A stretch of DNA of 64,000 nucleotides, taken from the NCBI RefSeq assembly GCF_964355755.1, contig NC_092677.1, positions 26,027,175 through 26,091,174 on the forward strand, read 5' to 3'. The translations under genes were made by a program, and so were the position numbers. This document shows, piece after piece, positions 23,601 to 38,600 of this stretch. Each line of letters opens with the position of its first letter. Position 1 is the stretch's first letter. The notes beneath the pieces were generated by a model that did not search any database, was not told the DNA's origin, and worked only from the letters and a program-made list of their open reading frames with translations. The stretch comes from Antedon mediterranea. Taxonomy: Eukaryota > Animalia > Echinodermata.

Positions 23601-26600
23601 ACTTCACCATGGTGCTGATATAAATGCTGATGACAATGATGGCAATACTCCACTGCATCTGTGCTCTGCAAATGGACACGAAGAGGTACGTCTTAAGCTT
23701 AAAGCTACACTATCAAACTTTATGTGACAACAAAATATGATGTGCCCATATACTGTATGGACATGATGATGTCATATCAGTACCATATTTGGGTACATCA
23801 CACTTGTTTGTCAAACTAGTTTGATAGTGTAGACAGAGCTTAAGAGATAACACTATATACTGACACTAATAATAGTCTAAAAGACATATCACTGTAACAA
23901 TAATCGATAAAGCAGTTTTAAAGCATTTGATAACCAAAGTGATACCCTAATATTTTTATATATTATTTTTTAATTTCTAGTGTGTAAAGGCGATCTTATA
24001 CTCTGAACAAGTCATCAACAGTGTTGAGGTCAACTTTCCAAATTGCCGCGGCAACACGCCACTGCACGAAGCTGCAAGATGGGGTTACGGTAAGTACAAG
24101 TAATAATCATTTTTCTGTTAATATCTTTTTTCACGAGAGCCAACTTATTTAATGTTCTGTAGTTTTTTACATTTTTTTTAGTGATTAAATTAATTATTTT
24201 TAACACACATTTCAGAAAATATTGTTGAGATACTCCTTGAGCACGGTGCTTCAGTTGAAGCCCGTAATCGCCGAAAAGAAACTCCTTTGATGCGTTCGCT
24301 CAACGCAAATGTCAACAACCTACTCCAGAGGGCAGTAGACATGCTTCGTGATGGTCAGGAGTATATGATGATGATGGTATAGTACAGTATTTTCATTCTG
24401 TTTTGAAGTGTTTTGTGTAAAGCTTTAAAGAAATCTAATGTGTTCATTATGAGCGTATGCATTTTATTTCCAAAGTTGTTGAAATCAGTAATTGACATAA
24501 AATCTACCTTGCTTATATGAACTCTAAAGCAAACACTTGACTCCACAGCAGTGCAATATATTTTCATTAATGAATTTTTACCATGTTTTGAAAACCAAAT
24601 TGAGAAGTACTTATTTTTTTTTTGGACCATATGAGGGTGATCCATCCAGCAATTGCTGATCATTAGGGACCCTCAGAGGTTTACAAGACAAACATGTTCA
24701 CAAGATGCCCTACATAAACAAATTCTTATTACAAGTCTTTGGGAGTGGAGTTGTAATTTTGTACTTAGAAAAAATCTTTACATGTGACAGGACTTGAACC
24801 TAGTACCCTTAAAGTGGTAGCCAAGCATCATAACCACCAAACCACCAAGCCACAACTCCACTCCAAATTTAAGTATTAGACCTTCAATCCCCACCCACCA
24901 AAAAAGGTTGTCGCCCAAGTTGTTGGGAGATTGTATTGAGATGTATTTACATTTAGTACCTTAAGATATACTAGATAAATTGTGTGTTTTCCTCAACAGA
25001 CATCACCCGATGGTCGCCAAACTGCAGGAAGTGAGACGAAGTCATTAACAACGCCTCTGATGCGAAGGCAAGGAGGAATAAAAATATCTCCACAACAGAG
25101 AGCAAGAGAGGTAGGTTTATAAATGGAACATTAGAGGAGATTATTTGATGATATATTTTAGGTATTTCAATTGAATTTTGCCAAATTGCAATGTGTTATT
25201 GTATAAAGCTCTATCTACACAGTGTGATGTGCCCAAATATGGTAGTGATATGACATCATCATGTTTATATATGGGTGTATCACATTTTTTTGTCGCATAC
25301 AATTTAAGCGCTACACTATCAAACTATTTTGACAAAAACGTGTGATGTGCCCAAATATGGTAATGATATGCTCAAATATGGTAGTGATATAACATCATTA
25401 TTTCCATATATGGGTGCATCACATTTTGTTGTCACATAAAGTTTAATAGTGTGGACAGAGCATAAATGGAATACTCAAATGTGATTGTGTTGTTTCTAGG
25501 TGGAGAAACTGCTTAGAGCATCAGCTGACGGAGACGTTCAGATGGTACGCTACCAGTTGGGATGGGAGAGTGACAGTGATGACAGTGACATGGAAGATGT
25601 CACTCCAAACCTTCAACTGTGCCATCCTCTTTGCCAATGCCAAAAATGTTCAGCTCTTCAAAAGGTATCTATAGACATAAGAATTTAAATTGATTAAATG
25701 AATAAAAAAAAAAATTGAATTCAGAATATGCATAATAGAAATACTATAAGGATTTGAATTGATTTAATTGAATTATAAAAAAATTGAAATTTGAGTATAA
25801 TTATATATATTTATATAGTGGAGCTTTAACTTGGTGGTTAACATGCTTTCCTTCAAATCCCAAGGTCCGGGGTTCAAACCTGACCAAAAGTCAGGGTTGT
25901 AACTTGCAACTCTTTCAACTCCACTCTCTAAGCCTCAAATGAAACTAAAAATTATAAAATAGTTTATCCATCCTGTAATTGGCTAGTTTGTGTTTGCTGT
26001 TGGATGCAAAGAACATTAATTCTAAACCGCCCGGTGATATACTGAAATTTAATTAATTAATTTGAAACGATAAAGATGAGGAAATCTGTGAGAATGAGAA
26101 AAAGTCTCCCCCACTGAGACTCTAACTCGGACCGCCTGCTTGATATGCAGATGTCCTAACCATTAGACCACTGGGCTTTCATGGTATTGTTCAAACTCGA
26201 TTGAATAGCGACTCTTTAACATTCTCGGCATGTTACGACGGAACAGCACTAGTCCTCAGTTGTACGCACGCGCAACAGAGATCAAATTGATACGCCCACA
26301 TCTTTCAGTATTTTTATTCACGAGGCAGGATCTCCGAAGAGATACTTTTATATATATAAACACATTAGGCAAAGAACATTAATTCTAACTCGCCCGGTGA
26401 TATACTGAAATTTAATTAATTAATTTGAAACGGTAAAGATTTATAAATAAATGATAAAGACGCTTTTAATTACCAACTGAACTTTTTATTGCACTACATA
26501 GTTACTGTTTCATGAGTATGAACTCAATCTTCAGGTGCTTGGCTCTGATATAGACATACATATAAGAATTTGAATTGATTTAATTGAGAATAAATATATA

Positions 26601-29600
26601 TACATGTAGTAGGTTGAACCAGGTAATATAGGCAGAAAAATATTAATATTTTAAACTAAGTTGAGCATTTATCCTCAAATATTAATATTTTAAACTAAGT
26701 TGAGCATTTATCCTCAAATATTAATACTTTTTAAACTAAGTTGAGCATTTATCCTCAAATTCTTTAAGTACTAGAATATTTCTGTTTTAGTAATACAGTA
26801 AAGTTTCTTTAAAATTAACCAACTTTCAAACAAACTGCCAACCATCTCAACCACTACTTCATTCATTTCTTCAAAGTTATATAAAAAAAAAGTCTTACAT
26901 AACATCAATTTAATATAAAAACTCTCTTGATTTGTGTTTAAATATATTTTTTATTTGATATTATTGCATAGCAATACTAGTTTTTTTCTAAATCAAACTA
27001 TAATATAAATCAACTTGAAGATGAGAAGAGATTTTAAATTACTTCTATCTATTGCTATCATTTACGTTGCTTAATAAATAACTATTGACGACTAACCTAT
27101 CAAATCATTGAGTATTTATAACTTTTCAATGTTTTTAATCTTTGTTCCAAGACATAAAAATATTGAAAGGTTGAATTAAACAAACTCATGGGTTTTTGTT
27201 ATGACCTGCTTAGGTCATTATTATATCTCGGAATAAGAGAATATTTCAAAATGTTAACTTATTTTACTATAGCTTTCTTGAAATTTATAGTTAGAAAGAC
27301 ATTATTTTGTCTTTTTATAAGTGAAATAATTCGTTTTTTGCCATAGAAGTGAATAACTTTATTAAAACTGCAAAATGGCCTAATAAATTCTGATTTTATT
27401 AATCTTTATTCAGGTTTTTGAGAGATTTTAATTAGAATTTGTCCATAGATTACTTATATTTTGCTTCTTTTTTTTTTTTCAGCGGACAACATACGGTGTT
27501 GGCGACATAACGGTTAATACAAGTAATGCCGAAGGCTTTACGTCGCTGCATGTCAGTGCATTACACGGCCACGAAACACTGGTGGCGCTCTTATTACGCA
27601 GAGGAGCAAATCCTAATGTTCGAAATACATCATATCAGCAAGTCACTCCCCTGCATCTGGCTTGCAAAGAAAATAAAACAAAGGTAAAACTATAAACGTA
27701 ATGGTATTTTTAGATTTCCACCACATATTGGTTCACTATGAATTTAAATACCTTAAAGATATATTGACCCCCTACACATTTTTTTTTCCCATTTTTTTAA
27801 ATTTGCCATTTTAATGTCACATAATAGTTATTCACTTTGACCAAAAACTGGATTGAAACAAAAATGATTTACCTGAAAAAATGCAATTTTAAGAAAAAAA
27901 TACTTAAATTGTCTGTCAGACAATGGTTTTTGGTTAAAATTCAACATTTCTGTCTTGAAATAATTATTTTTTTTGTTTTTTATTTTACAGAAGTGAATAA
28001 CTTTATTTAAACTGCAAAATGGCCTATATAAAGTCTGATTTTATTAATTATCATTTTTTCATATTTTTTAGGACAATACATCTTTAACACAAAATTCACC
28101 TTGAAAATTGCAAAATTGATAAATAAGATAGTCAATTCAGATTTCAACAATTTTCCTACACTTCCTCCGGCTAAGCATGACATCAAACACTGTTCAATTT
28201 ATACAATATTACTATTTATAATTCTTATTAGCAGTATAGTGTCGTTAGAGTCATGACCTCTTAAGTGTGACCTCTAGGTGTTTCCCCAGAGCCATTTTAA
28301 ATAGTATTTTTCTTTTTGCAAATCAAACTCATGATACAGTTGTATGCATTTGTTCCAATAAATTACTATTTAAACACCTGTAAAGTTAAAGTTGTTTTTC
28401 AATTTTAATATAAACTCATCAATTACAGAGCAATTTATTCTGACAATCACTCATTTAGCAATTATTATGACACTTTTATTAGGTACATAAATTAATATTA
28501 AAAAGTACTTTCTTAAAAAAACAAACCTGTCCAATTTTGTTATAAAAGAGAAATTATTCAACCAATAGTGGTTTGTCATATAAAAACCATTATTTATAAT
28601 TATTTCTTAAAAGTTGAAAATGGTAATTATGGTTGTGCTGTTGTTACGAGTTAAAAACGGTTATTTTTAGAAAGGTCACGACATGAAATGTAATACTTAG
28701 TGTTGATACGAGTCTTTACCTTAATCAACGGTATAGTGCTGACATTTAAAGAAAAATAAAAACTAATCAGTTCTCTGAGTATCTGATCATTAGTTCTGAT
28801 GTAAAGTTTCAGGAAAGTCAACAGTTACATAATTTTAGTTGGCTCTAAACTACATAAACAAGATACAAGTTTTAGATCTCCAAAAACCAAATTGAAAAAA
28901 AAAGAAAAAGAATCTGCAGATATTGATTTGGACTTTTCACTATAGAAATAATCTATGTGATATTATACGATTTTTAATAATAATAATAATGTAAAGGAAA
29001 ACTTAAACAAAATATTAAATATGCTATTAAACTATTAGTATATCTAGTTCTAGTACCACATATATCTGTTGAGATACTCAACAGTTCCTTCAGAACTAGA
29101 TGTACGTGGTGTACAGCAAACTTTATATCAACATTTTATTTTGCCATGCAAACCTTCAAACAATATAATATTATTCAGGCCTTTGAGACGTGGGTGTTGG
29201 ATCGCTCGCCTACAGTAAACCACTCCTGGAATGCCCTTAAGGAGTGCGATTTACAACACATTTAGATTTTGTGAACACCATGATACAAACAGCAAACCTC
29301 CAACACACCTGAATTTGGCGTTGAGCGCAATTTGTAAAATATTAGAAATAGAGCAGTTAATTTATTTGTGAATATTCTCTCCATTTTAACGAATACAATT
29401 AATTATTTGTTTTATAACACACCTACTTTTATTCTTGTTATCTATCGTATATCATTGACGAATGCTAGGTTGGAAGCTAGGCCATTAAAAAAGGCAGTGC
29501 TTCCACTCTAGAGTATAAATAGACGGTGCGAAAAGCATTTCTAAAGTCAACATTGCGTGGCAAAATGTTCACAATTAAAAAAAAAAAAACTTATTAGTTT

Positions 29601-32600
29601 TATAACACACCTACTTTTATTCAAGTTATCTATCATAAATCATTGACGAATGCTAGGTTGGAAGCTGGGCCATTAAAAAAGGCAGTTCTCCCACTCTAGA
29701 GTAGAAATAGACGGTGCGAAAAGCATTTCCAAAGTCAACATCGCGTGGCAAAATGTTTACAGAAACTAGAAAGCTACTGTAAATGTGCATTAGTACCGTT
29801 CATTATCACCATTAAATATCACTTTTCCATGCGATAGGGCTAATTCCAAATGACGTGATTAACCAATCAATTTGCAAGAATAGTTATAAATAGTAAAATA
29901 ATTAAGTTTTTCTTGTTTTCTTTAGGTTGTACAACTGCTATTAGACCATGGTGCTAAGTGCAACACTAAGGATGTAGGAGGCAATAGTCCACTTCATTAC
30001 TGTGCAATGTCTGGCCATCTCCAGCCCTCTACAATACTCATCCAGGTTTGTGTGTTCAAGTATTTTACATTGTTAATATGCTTTCCAATTCAATTCGTCT
30101 TTTATTAGTCTAATTTAAATATAAAAAAAATTTAATTAAAAAAAAACCAAAAAAACAATCCAGTAAAAAAAAACAAAAAAAAACAAAAAAATCCAGTAAA
30201 AAAAATTCCAGTATATTGTCATAATCATTATTATTATAATCTTGAGTCTCATATATATATATTATAATCTAAATCATTATTATAAACTAGCCTACCTATT
30301 ATAATTTTAATTTTTTATGGGGAAAACCCACAACTTAAAATTTGTTGGGAACATACATAGCTTTAGAAAAAAACACACTTTTTTATAATTTTCATTAATC
30401 ATTTTTTATATAAAAACAAACAAATCCAGCATCAACATTTATCATAACCGATATAATTGTTATCATAAGTAACTGCATCATTCATTTTCATCACATCATT
30501 TTTATCACATCAATTTCATCACATCATTTTCATCACTTCATCTTCATTACCACCACAACACTTCCAGCTTCATCAACTTAGTTCATCATTACTGTGACAT
30601 GCAACATTAGTTAAAAGTAGAGCAGCTTACAGAATTCTGCTAAATGTCAGTTCCTACACAATACTGTAATTTTCATTAAAATAAGTGTGAACACAAATCT
30701 AAAAGCTTACCAATACTCGGATTCAAGCAGCTCAATCAAAGTTCACATGATCATTTGATATTAGAAGCAAAAGAAACAGACTTTTTGAAAACAGTCGCTG
30801 CCATTTTAGTTGTTTGTTGGAACTAATTTTACAAAAGGTGTGATTTGCCCAATTATGGTAGTGATATGCCCAAATACAGTATTGATTGACATCATCATGT
30901 CCATATATGGGCACATCACATTTTCTTGTCACACTCATACAATTTGATAGTGTAGACAGAGCTTAATGACCATTGTTTTCAAAGTGGTTCTATAATTTTC
31001 AAACAAATACATTTTTTAAATTAAATATATTTATTTTTTTGAATTCTTATTCTTGTATTTTAAAAGATTTGTACATATAGTACAGTACTAGCTTTGTACA
31101 TATCTACAATGGTTTCTTGTTATAAGTATGTAGAAAGAACGCACACATATTACACAAAGGTTGTCACGGTTCGTGTTACGTTATTTTAATGTGTTTAGGG
31201 ACTTAAGGCCCATTTACACTAGGACAATAACGATGGACGATAAATATATAAACATGCATTTTTTTTACATAAAACAAAATAAATTAGAAGGGTTTTCGTT
31301 CTAGAACTATAGGATAATCATTTATGTTGTCTTTGATAAAAATAATATTTTTAAAATTCCAATCAAATGACGTCATGATAAATAAAAACAATAAAATCGT
31401 TGTATTGTCACGATATTATTGCTCTACTAATCATGACGTCATTTGATTGGACGTGTGAAAATATCATTTTCATCAAAGGAAGCATAGAAGGTTATTCTAT
31501 AGTTCTAGAATGAAAAGTTGTTATATTTCTTTTGTTTTATGTATGAAAAATGCACATTTGTCTATTTATCGTCGATCGTTATCGTCCTAGTGTGAATGGG
31601 CCTTTAAGAAGACGCTGATTTACGTTTTATTTTTGTTTTTAATATTATTTCTGTCGTATCCATCAAAACTGATTTGCACCATTTATATAATCTATGAAAT
31701 GTATATCTGTAAAACTCTGTCTACACTATCAAACTTTATGTGACAAAAAAATGTGATGTGCCCATATATGGACATGATGATGTCATATCACTATCATATT
31801 TGCGCATATCACTACTACCATATTGGGGCTCATCACACTTTTTTTGTCAAACTATTTTGATAGCGTAGACAGAGCTTAACACTATACATTTTGATCTGTC
31901 ATTTCTTCTTTATGTTTTTGTTTTTTTAACATTAATTTATTTTTTGATTGAAAGCGATGATTGATTTCTTTTGTGAACGTTTCCTTGGATTAGGATTTTA
32001 TTTTCGCCGTAAAATCCAATTATTCCACCGAGAATAGACAAAAAGGAGGTTCATGATTTGTAAAAATTTACTTAAAATTGTGTATTATAATAAGATTATG
32101 TTTTCCCACCCATCTTAAAATACTTTTATACATTTTCTGGACAGTTTTTTGTCTGGGTTTAACGACCCTTATTATCCAGTTATTACTAATAAAGAGAACT
32201 TGAGAGATTGCTTGTGTTTGTGGAACCGACCCCAACCAACATTAAACATCTGAATGTATTCCAAGCTTTTACAAAGTAAAGGATTTAATAGGGGATTTGA
32301 TCTGTATTGGGATGGCATTTTTTTTCTTCCTATAGTACATCTGTGATCTATTAGATCATTACTGCAGTAGAGCTGGTGTTTGATGTGAACATCTACATTA
32401 TTAACTCATTACTGCAGTAGATCTTATGTTTGGTGTGCAGTACATCTAGTTTATTAGCTCATTACTGCAGTAGAGCTGCTGTTTGATGTGAACATCTATA
32501 TTATTAGCTCATTACTGCAGTAGATCTTGTGTTGGTGTACAGTACATCTACATTATTAGTTCATTACTGCAGTAGATCTTGTGTTAGTGTACAGTACATC

Positions 32601-35600
32601 TAGGTTATTAGCTCATTACTGCAGTAGATCTTGTGTTGGTGTACAGTACATCTAATTTATTAGCTAATTACTGCAGTAGATCTTGTGTTGGTGTACAGTA
32701 CATTAGGTTATTAGCTCATTACTGCAGTAGATCTTGTGTTGGGTGTACAGTACATCTATTTTATTAGCTCATTACTGCAGTAGATTTTGTGTTCACATGT
32801 ATAATACATCTAGTTTATTAGCTCACTACTGCAGTAGATCTTATAACATTTTAATATTCAATGTTTGTTAATACTAATATAGTGTTGAAAAAAACACATA
32901 ATGAATTTAAAATGTCAAGATAAATAGCTGTAAGCTAACAAAAGTGTTGTACGTCAATATAACATTCAGTACAGATTATTTTAAAACACTGTGTAATTAA
33001 TCAAATTGACTTTGACAAAAGATGTGAAAATTTTAAAATCTTAGAGTAATTATTTAGAGGTTACCTTTGCAGTTGCACTTATTATCGTCAGTTTAATCAT
33101 GTTTTGCACTTTGTGATTACTACAAGCCTGCAGGCCTACAACTAAATGTACAACAAGTAAAAAGCTCTTCTATGTAAAGCTCTGTCTATACTATCAAACT
33201 TTATTTGAAAAAAAAAGTGATGTGCCCATATATGGACACGATGATGTCATATCACTACCGTATTTGGGCATATTACTACTATATTTGGGTACATCACATT
33301 TTTTTGTCAAACTAGTTTGATAGTTCAGATCCACTGGAATGATAAACATATTGATACTATACAACTCAATTGTCTTGCTACTGCTTTTGTGTAGTTTTTT
33401 ACCTCACATTTGAGTGTACTGTTAAAAAGGAAAATAAGAGTGAATTAATTAATAATTAATTAAGAATTCTATAACAAAAATCATTTTAAAGCTGCAAAAA
33501 TGAAAATTTTTGTTTTTGTATTTTTAGACTGGTGCAAACTGTAAACAAGCGAATGCTAGAGGCAACCTACCCTTACACGAGGCGGCAAGGAACAATTACG
33601 TTGAACTGGTTGAACTTCTTTCAAATAAATCACCATCAACTGTTTTATGTAGGAATAAAGCCCAGTTAACACCTATCCAACTATCACAAGTAAGAAACTA
33701 TTTTTTTTCTATCAAAAAATTGTTTCAGTTATCCACAACTTAACTCCTTGTGCTTTTATAGAATCATCTTATTTTTTGTTGTTGAATATATAATAGTTAT
33801 AAATATATTTAATTTAAAAAATTAAATTATTTGTCTGAAAAATCTGTATGTTAAGGAATAAAAATCAAAAAAATTACCTCAATATTCATTCTATAGGACA
33901 ATTTACTCCATATACTACAATACCCTGCATAAATAAATTCACTCCATACAACAATGTACAGTCCATACAACAATACACTCAATATATAAATTCACTCCAT
34001 CAAAATGCACTGCAAATGCAACAGTACACTCTATATGCAACAATACACTCCATATATAAATTCACTCCATATATAAATTCACTCCATATACAACAATACA
34101 CTCCATATATAATTTCACTTCACAAAAATTTACTCTATATAAAAATTCACTCCATTACAATTCACTCCATATATAAATTCACTCCATATACAACTATACA
34201 CTTCATATACAACAATACACTCCATACAACAATACACTCAATATATAAATTCACTCCATAACAATTCCCTCCATATATAAATTCACTCCATATACAACAA
34301 TACACTCCATATATAACAATACACTCCATATATAATTTCACTTCACAAAAATGTACTCTATATAAAAATTCACTCCATTACAATTCACTCTATATATAAA
34401 TTCACTCCATACAATAATACACTTCATATATAAGTTCACTCCATAACAATTCACTCTATATATAAATTCACTCCATATATAAATTCACTCCATATATAAA
34501 TTCACTGCATATACAACAATACACTCCATATATAACAATACACTCCATATATAAATTCACTCAAAAAAAATTTACTCTATATAAAAATTCACTTTATATA
34601 AAAATTCACTCCATAACATTTCACTCCATAACATTTCACTCCATATATAAATTCACTTCATAAAAATTCACTCCATATAAAAATTCAATCCATTACAATT
34701 CACTCAATATATAAATTCACTCCATATACAGTACAAGTTGTGTTTAAAAAGGTAGTTGAAAATCCTCTTGTCCTAATTTACTAAAAGTACATTGAAAGTA
34801 ATTTGGAATAATTAAAGATGCCCAACATATAATGAGATATTCTAATTGCCAAAGTTCAAATTAAGATTACAATTATATATCATGACCCTTGTGGATTGAT
34901 TAAACTCAGTGTCTGAGATTAAATAACAAAAGAAAGTGTTGATAGTTGCATATTCAGCTGACCTATGACCCCTTCAGTAAAGTTCTATTTTAAAGTGGAT
35001 GATTTTCTATAATTTAAAAGAGCATTTTGTATTTAGTTTTGTCATAATAAACGTTAAAACAAGTAAGTGAGTATGATTTATAATTTCCTCTGCCTCAATC
35101 TTCTTCATGTAGGGTTTTATTTAAGCTTTAAATGTCAAAGGTTAGGTCAAAGTTCAGTTTAGAAAGAAAGAAGAAATTACTTATTGATCATTAAAAGGTA
35201 TAGGAAGTCACAATACCCAAGTTTTAGATTCTGCTTATTTTCTTTCTAACATTAACAGTGTTTAATAGTAATTTAATACAATCGTATTTTGGAACTAATG
35301 ATGGTCAAACCCCAACAAATTGTCCCCTTAAGGCCCATTTACACTAGGGCGATAACGATCGACGATAAAAAGATAAATATGCATTTTCCATACCTAAAAC
35401 AAAAGAATTTAAAAAAGTTTTCATCCTAGAACTATAGGATTATCATCTATGCTGCCTTTAATGAAAATAATATTTCCACACATCCAATCAAATGACGTCA
35501 TGATTAGTAAGAGCAATAATATCGTTACAATACAATACAACGATTTTATTGTTTTATTGATCATGACGTCATTTGATTGAATTTTCAAAAATATTATTTT

Positions 35601-38600
35601 TATCAAATACAGCATACATGATTATCCTATAGTTCTAGAACGAAAACTGTTCTAATTTCTTTCGTTTTATGCAAGAAAAATGCATGTTTATCTATTTATC
35701 GTCGATCGTAATCGCCCTAGTGTGAATGGGCCTTTAAATAGGAAATTGTCCCCTTAATAGTCCCCTGAATATAAGTTGGTTGTTAAATTGAAACTATAAA
35801 GTATTGCCCCTTGTTCGTTTCATGGCAAAGTTTCTCCTCCCTCTGTAAAGCTCTGTCTACACTATCAAACTTTATGTGACAAAAAAATGTGATGTGCCCA
35901 TATATGGACATGATGATGTCATATTACTATCATATTTAGGTATATCGCTACCATATTTGGGCACAACACACTTTTTTGTAAAACTAGTTTGATAGTGTAG
36001 ACAGAGATTAATAGTATAGTGCAACTTCTAACATTTGTCAACAAAGCCATTGGAGTTTATGACATCATTATAATAAGATCATTATTTTGAAAAGCAATTA
36101 CTACTACTAACAATTAATGTTTATTACTCAGTAATATAATGGTTTAGGTAACATTGAATTTAAATTAAAGTATGTTTCTAATTTCCAACTGAAGAAGTAA
36201 CTAGATATTTCCATATTGAATAATTAGAAAATAATTAGCTATTCATTAAAACTAAATCAGTAAATTGTAATTACCACCATAGTATCATTGATTCTTGATG
36301 GTCATCCGCAGGGAAAGATTTATCTATCCACATATAATTACTGAAAGTCTTCAAGGGATTTCGTAGTGGCATACTTCTGCTTTTGCTGCAGTATTGGCTA
36401 TCATTGCTTTTCAAGTAACTGATTAAAGGATACAAACACAATAATGACACAGACAGGTCTCGAACCCATGCCTCTCAAATGGCGCCTGATATCCCTTACT
36501 ATTGTGTCATACTGCTCTCTCTTTTAACTTACAAAGAAGAACTCATTTTCAAATTTAATAGTTATTTTGTAGGTAATTTAAATACATTTTAATTTGTTTC
36601 AAATACCCAGTTCAGTTAATAGATTTTAAAAATATTTTCTTTATTTCTAAATTCTAAATTTATCAATTTTATTGATTTCTGTCAACTTTGTTCATCCGTC
36701 AAGCTCAGTAGCATTGCTTAAGTTATCAGATAATTTCCAATTTATTTTGATTTCCATTAATTTATCTTTTATCTAACTAATGCATTGGATCAATTGTTTT
36801 TTAAAGTGAAGTTCGTCACAATATGTCATTTGTTATAAATATTCCCTATTTTGATCAATGACCATTAATTTTAATGACAGTTGGATCATTGTAGATTTTT
36901 TTCAAAATACAATAGTTGACTAGAGGAAACTGAACTCAACCCAACAACACAAGTTTGAAATAAACATTCTTTTAATGAAATGTTTGCCAGAAATACTTCT
37001 AATTTTACACATTTTCCAAGAAATGCAAAGGTTAATAATATAGGTAGAAATTTACAAAATCTACTTTAATTTCTTTTTAAAATCTTCTTTTAAATAATAT
37101 TAATTATTATTTATTACAATCAGTACTTCCATGTACTGAAAATTGACCCTAGTATTACATAAGATACAAGTTGTTGACTTGCCTCCTGCCATAGGAAGTG
37201 AGAAATAGTAAAGAAGTGAGAAATTTATGCCGTTTTGCTGATGTTTTTTAATGTAAACCTTCTGATATTTAATTGTAAATTTCAAGTTCTATGGACGGGT
37301 CAATCATCCATGATTTAAGAGAATTTGCTAATCTTAGTATCTTTAGTTAAGACTATTACAAACTGGATTCTAATAAGCTGTTGATTATGTTATTGTCATT
37401 CAAGTGCCTATCCTTCAAACTATTGTCATTTTCATGTTAAAAATTGTGTCTTATAAAATGCTATAGATAGAGTAGCATTGATTCTTAGCCTTTGATTGGC
37501 TATACAATTTCTGTGTTTGCTGAAAAATGACTCGATTATCCCAAGTTATATAATATATAATAATGGTATTGTCGCCAAAGAATAGGTTGATGTAAAAATA
37601 GATTATTTAATTGTGAAAAGGAAATTACTGCTTGCTTCTAGTCTAATCTGGCAGAAGACGCATCGACATCAAAGTAAACTTTAAATGCAATTATACAGCT
37701 AGCAGTAAACACTTTATACCTAGTAGTTGATAGCACTAACCTATTGTGGTAAATTATTAAAGGCTACTGCCTAGTCAGAAAGATAGTTCTAATTATGCGC
37801 CATAGGCGGTTTTCTATCTTTATGCTTAGTGTAATCAACGCAGGCTTCGATTAAGTTTTATCATTTTGATATCTTCCCATTGTTGTGTTCGAATGATATG
37901 AATATTTTCATTGCATTGTTCGTCAACTGAGGTAAATTTGTTTCACATTTTCACATCAGAAGTCATCGAACCTGGGATATATAAAAATAATTGTTATTGT
38001 ACAAAACCCTGTGTATTAATATTACATAACAAATCATCATCATCCACCACCCTCATCATGACATCGTTATCATTGCCAACAGCATCATAATTATTGATTC
38101 ATCACTCCATATCTTAACACTGCCATCATTATCATTATCATCATTATCTTCACTCTACATAATCAATATCAATTTCTATGCTTGATATTTTTCTGCAATC
38201 CTTTTTCTACAGAAAACTTCGAATTTTATTAAATTATTCTAATATCTAAAAAGTTATTACGGTCTTTCAATAATAATTGTTAAATTTACTGAGACGCCAA
38301 AGACCTAAGCTGTACTAGTCCCAGGACATGTCAATTCAATTACGTGAAATCACTATAAGGCAAGTTAATAGTACCTAGAAAAACCACAATAATCATCATC
38401 AACATAGGCCCCGGCTTTCTATGGTAAAAAGTACATTAATTTAATGATCAGTCTGTTTCATTTTATTAAGCAGAAGAAGCATGTACAGCATAAACTGAGA
38501 AATGCATAACAAACACAATCAATAATAGTATTTTTATTACATATAGTGTTTTGCTTATAACAGCAGAGTCGCTGTTGATCGATACAATAACGTTAAAACG

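Noticed and set aside
26106-26177. Possible genuine tRNA gene
   Set aside because: B box/T-loop is non-canonical (gttagagtc) and the acceptor stem is imperfect; treated as element-derived. The SINE heads at 12360-12442, 17680-17752 and 54790-54876 were treated likewise.
29042-29115. Hairpin cluster with minus-strand CUGAAGG
   Set aside because: Lacks the CUGANGA and GAAA cores; not a hammerhead.
30700-30830. Possible antisense exon (aaaATGGCAGCG... ending in gtaagc)
   Set aside because: Stop after 17 codons and no partner exons found; a similar isolated minus-strand donor near 53729 is also unsupported.
33848-34261. 137-aa His/Tyr/Ile-rich ORF
   Set aside because: Arises from a nearly G-free low-complexity repeat.
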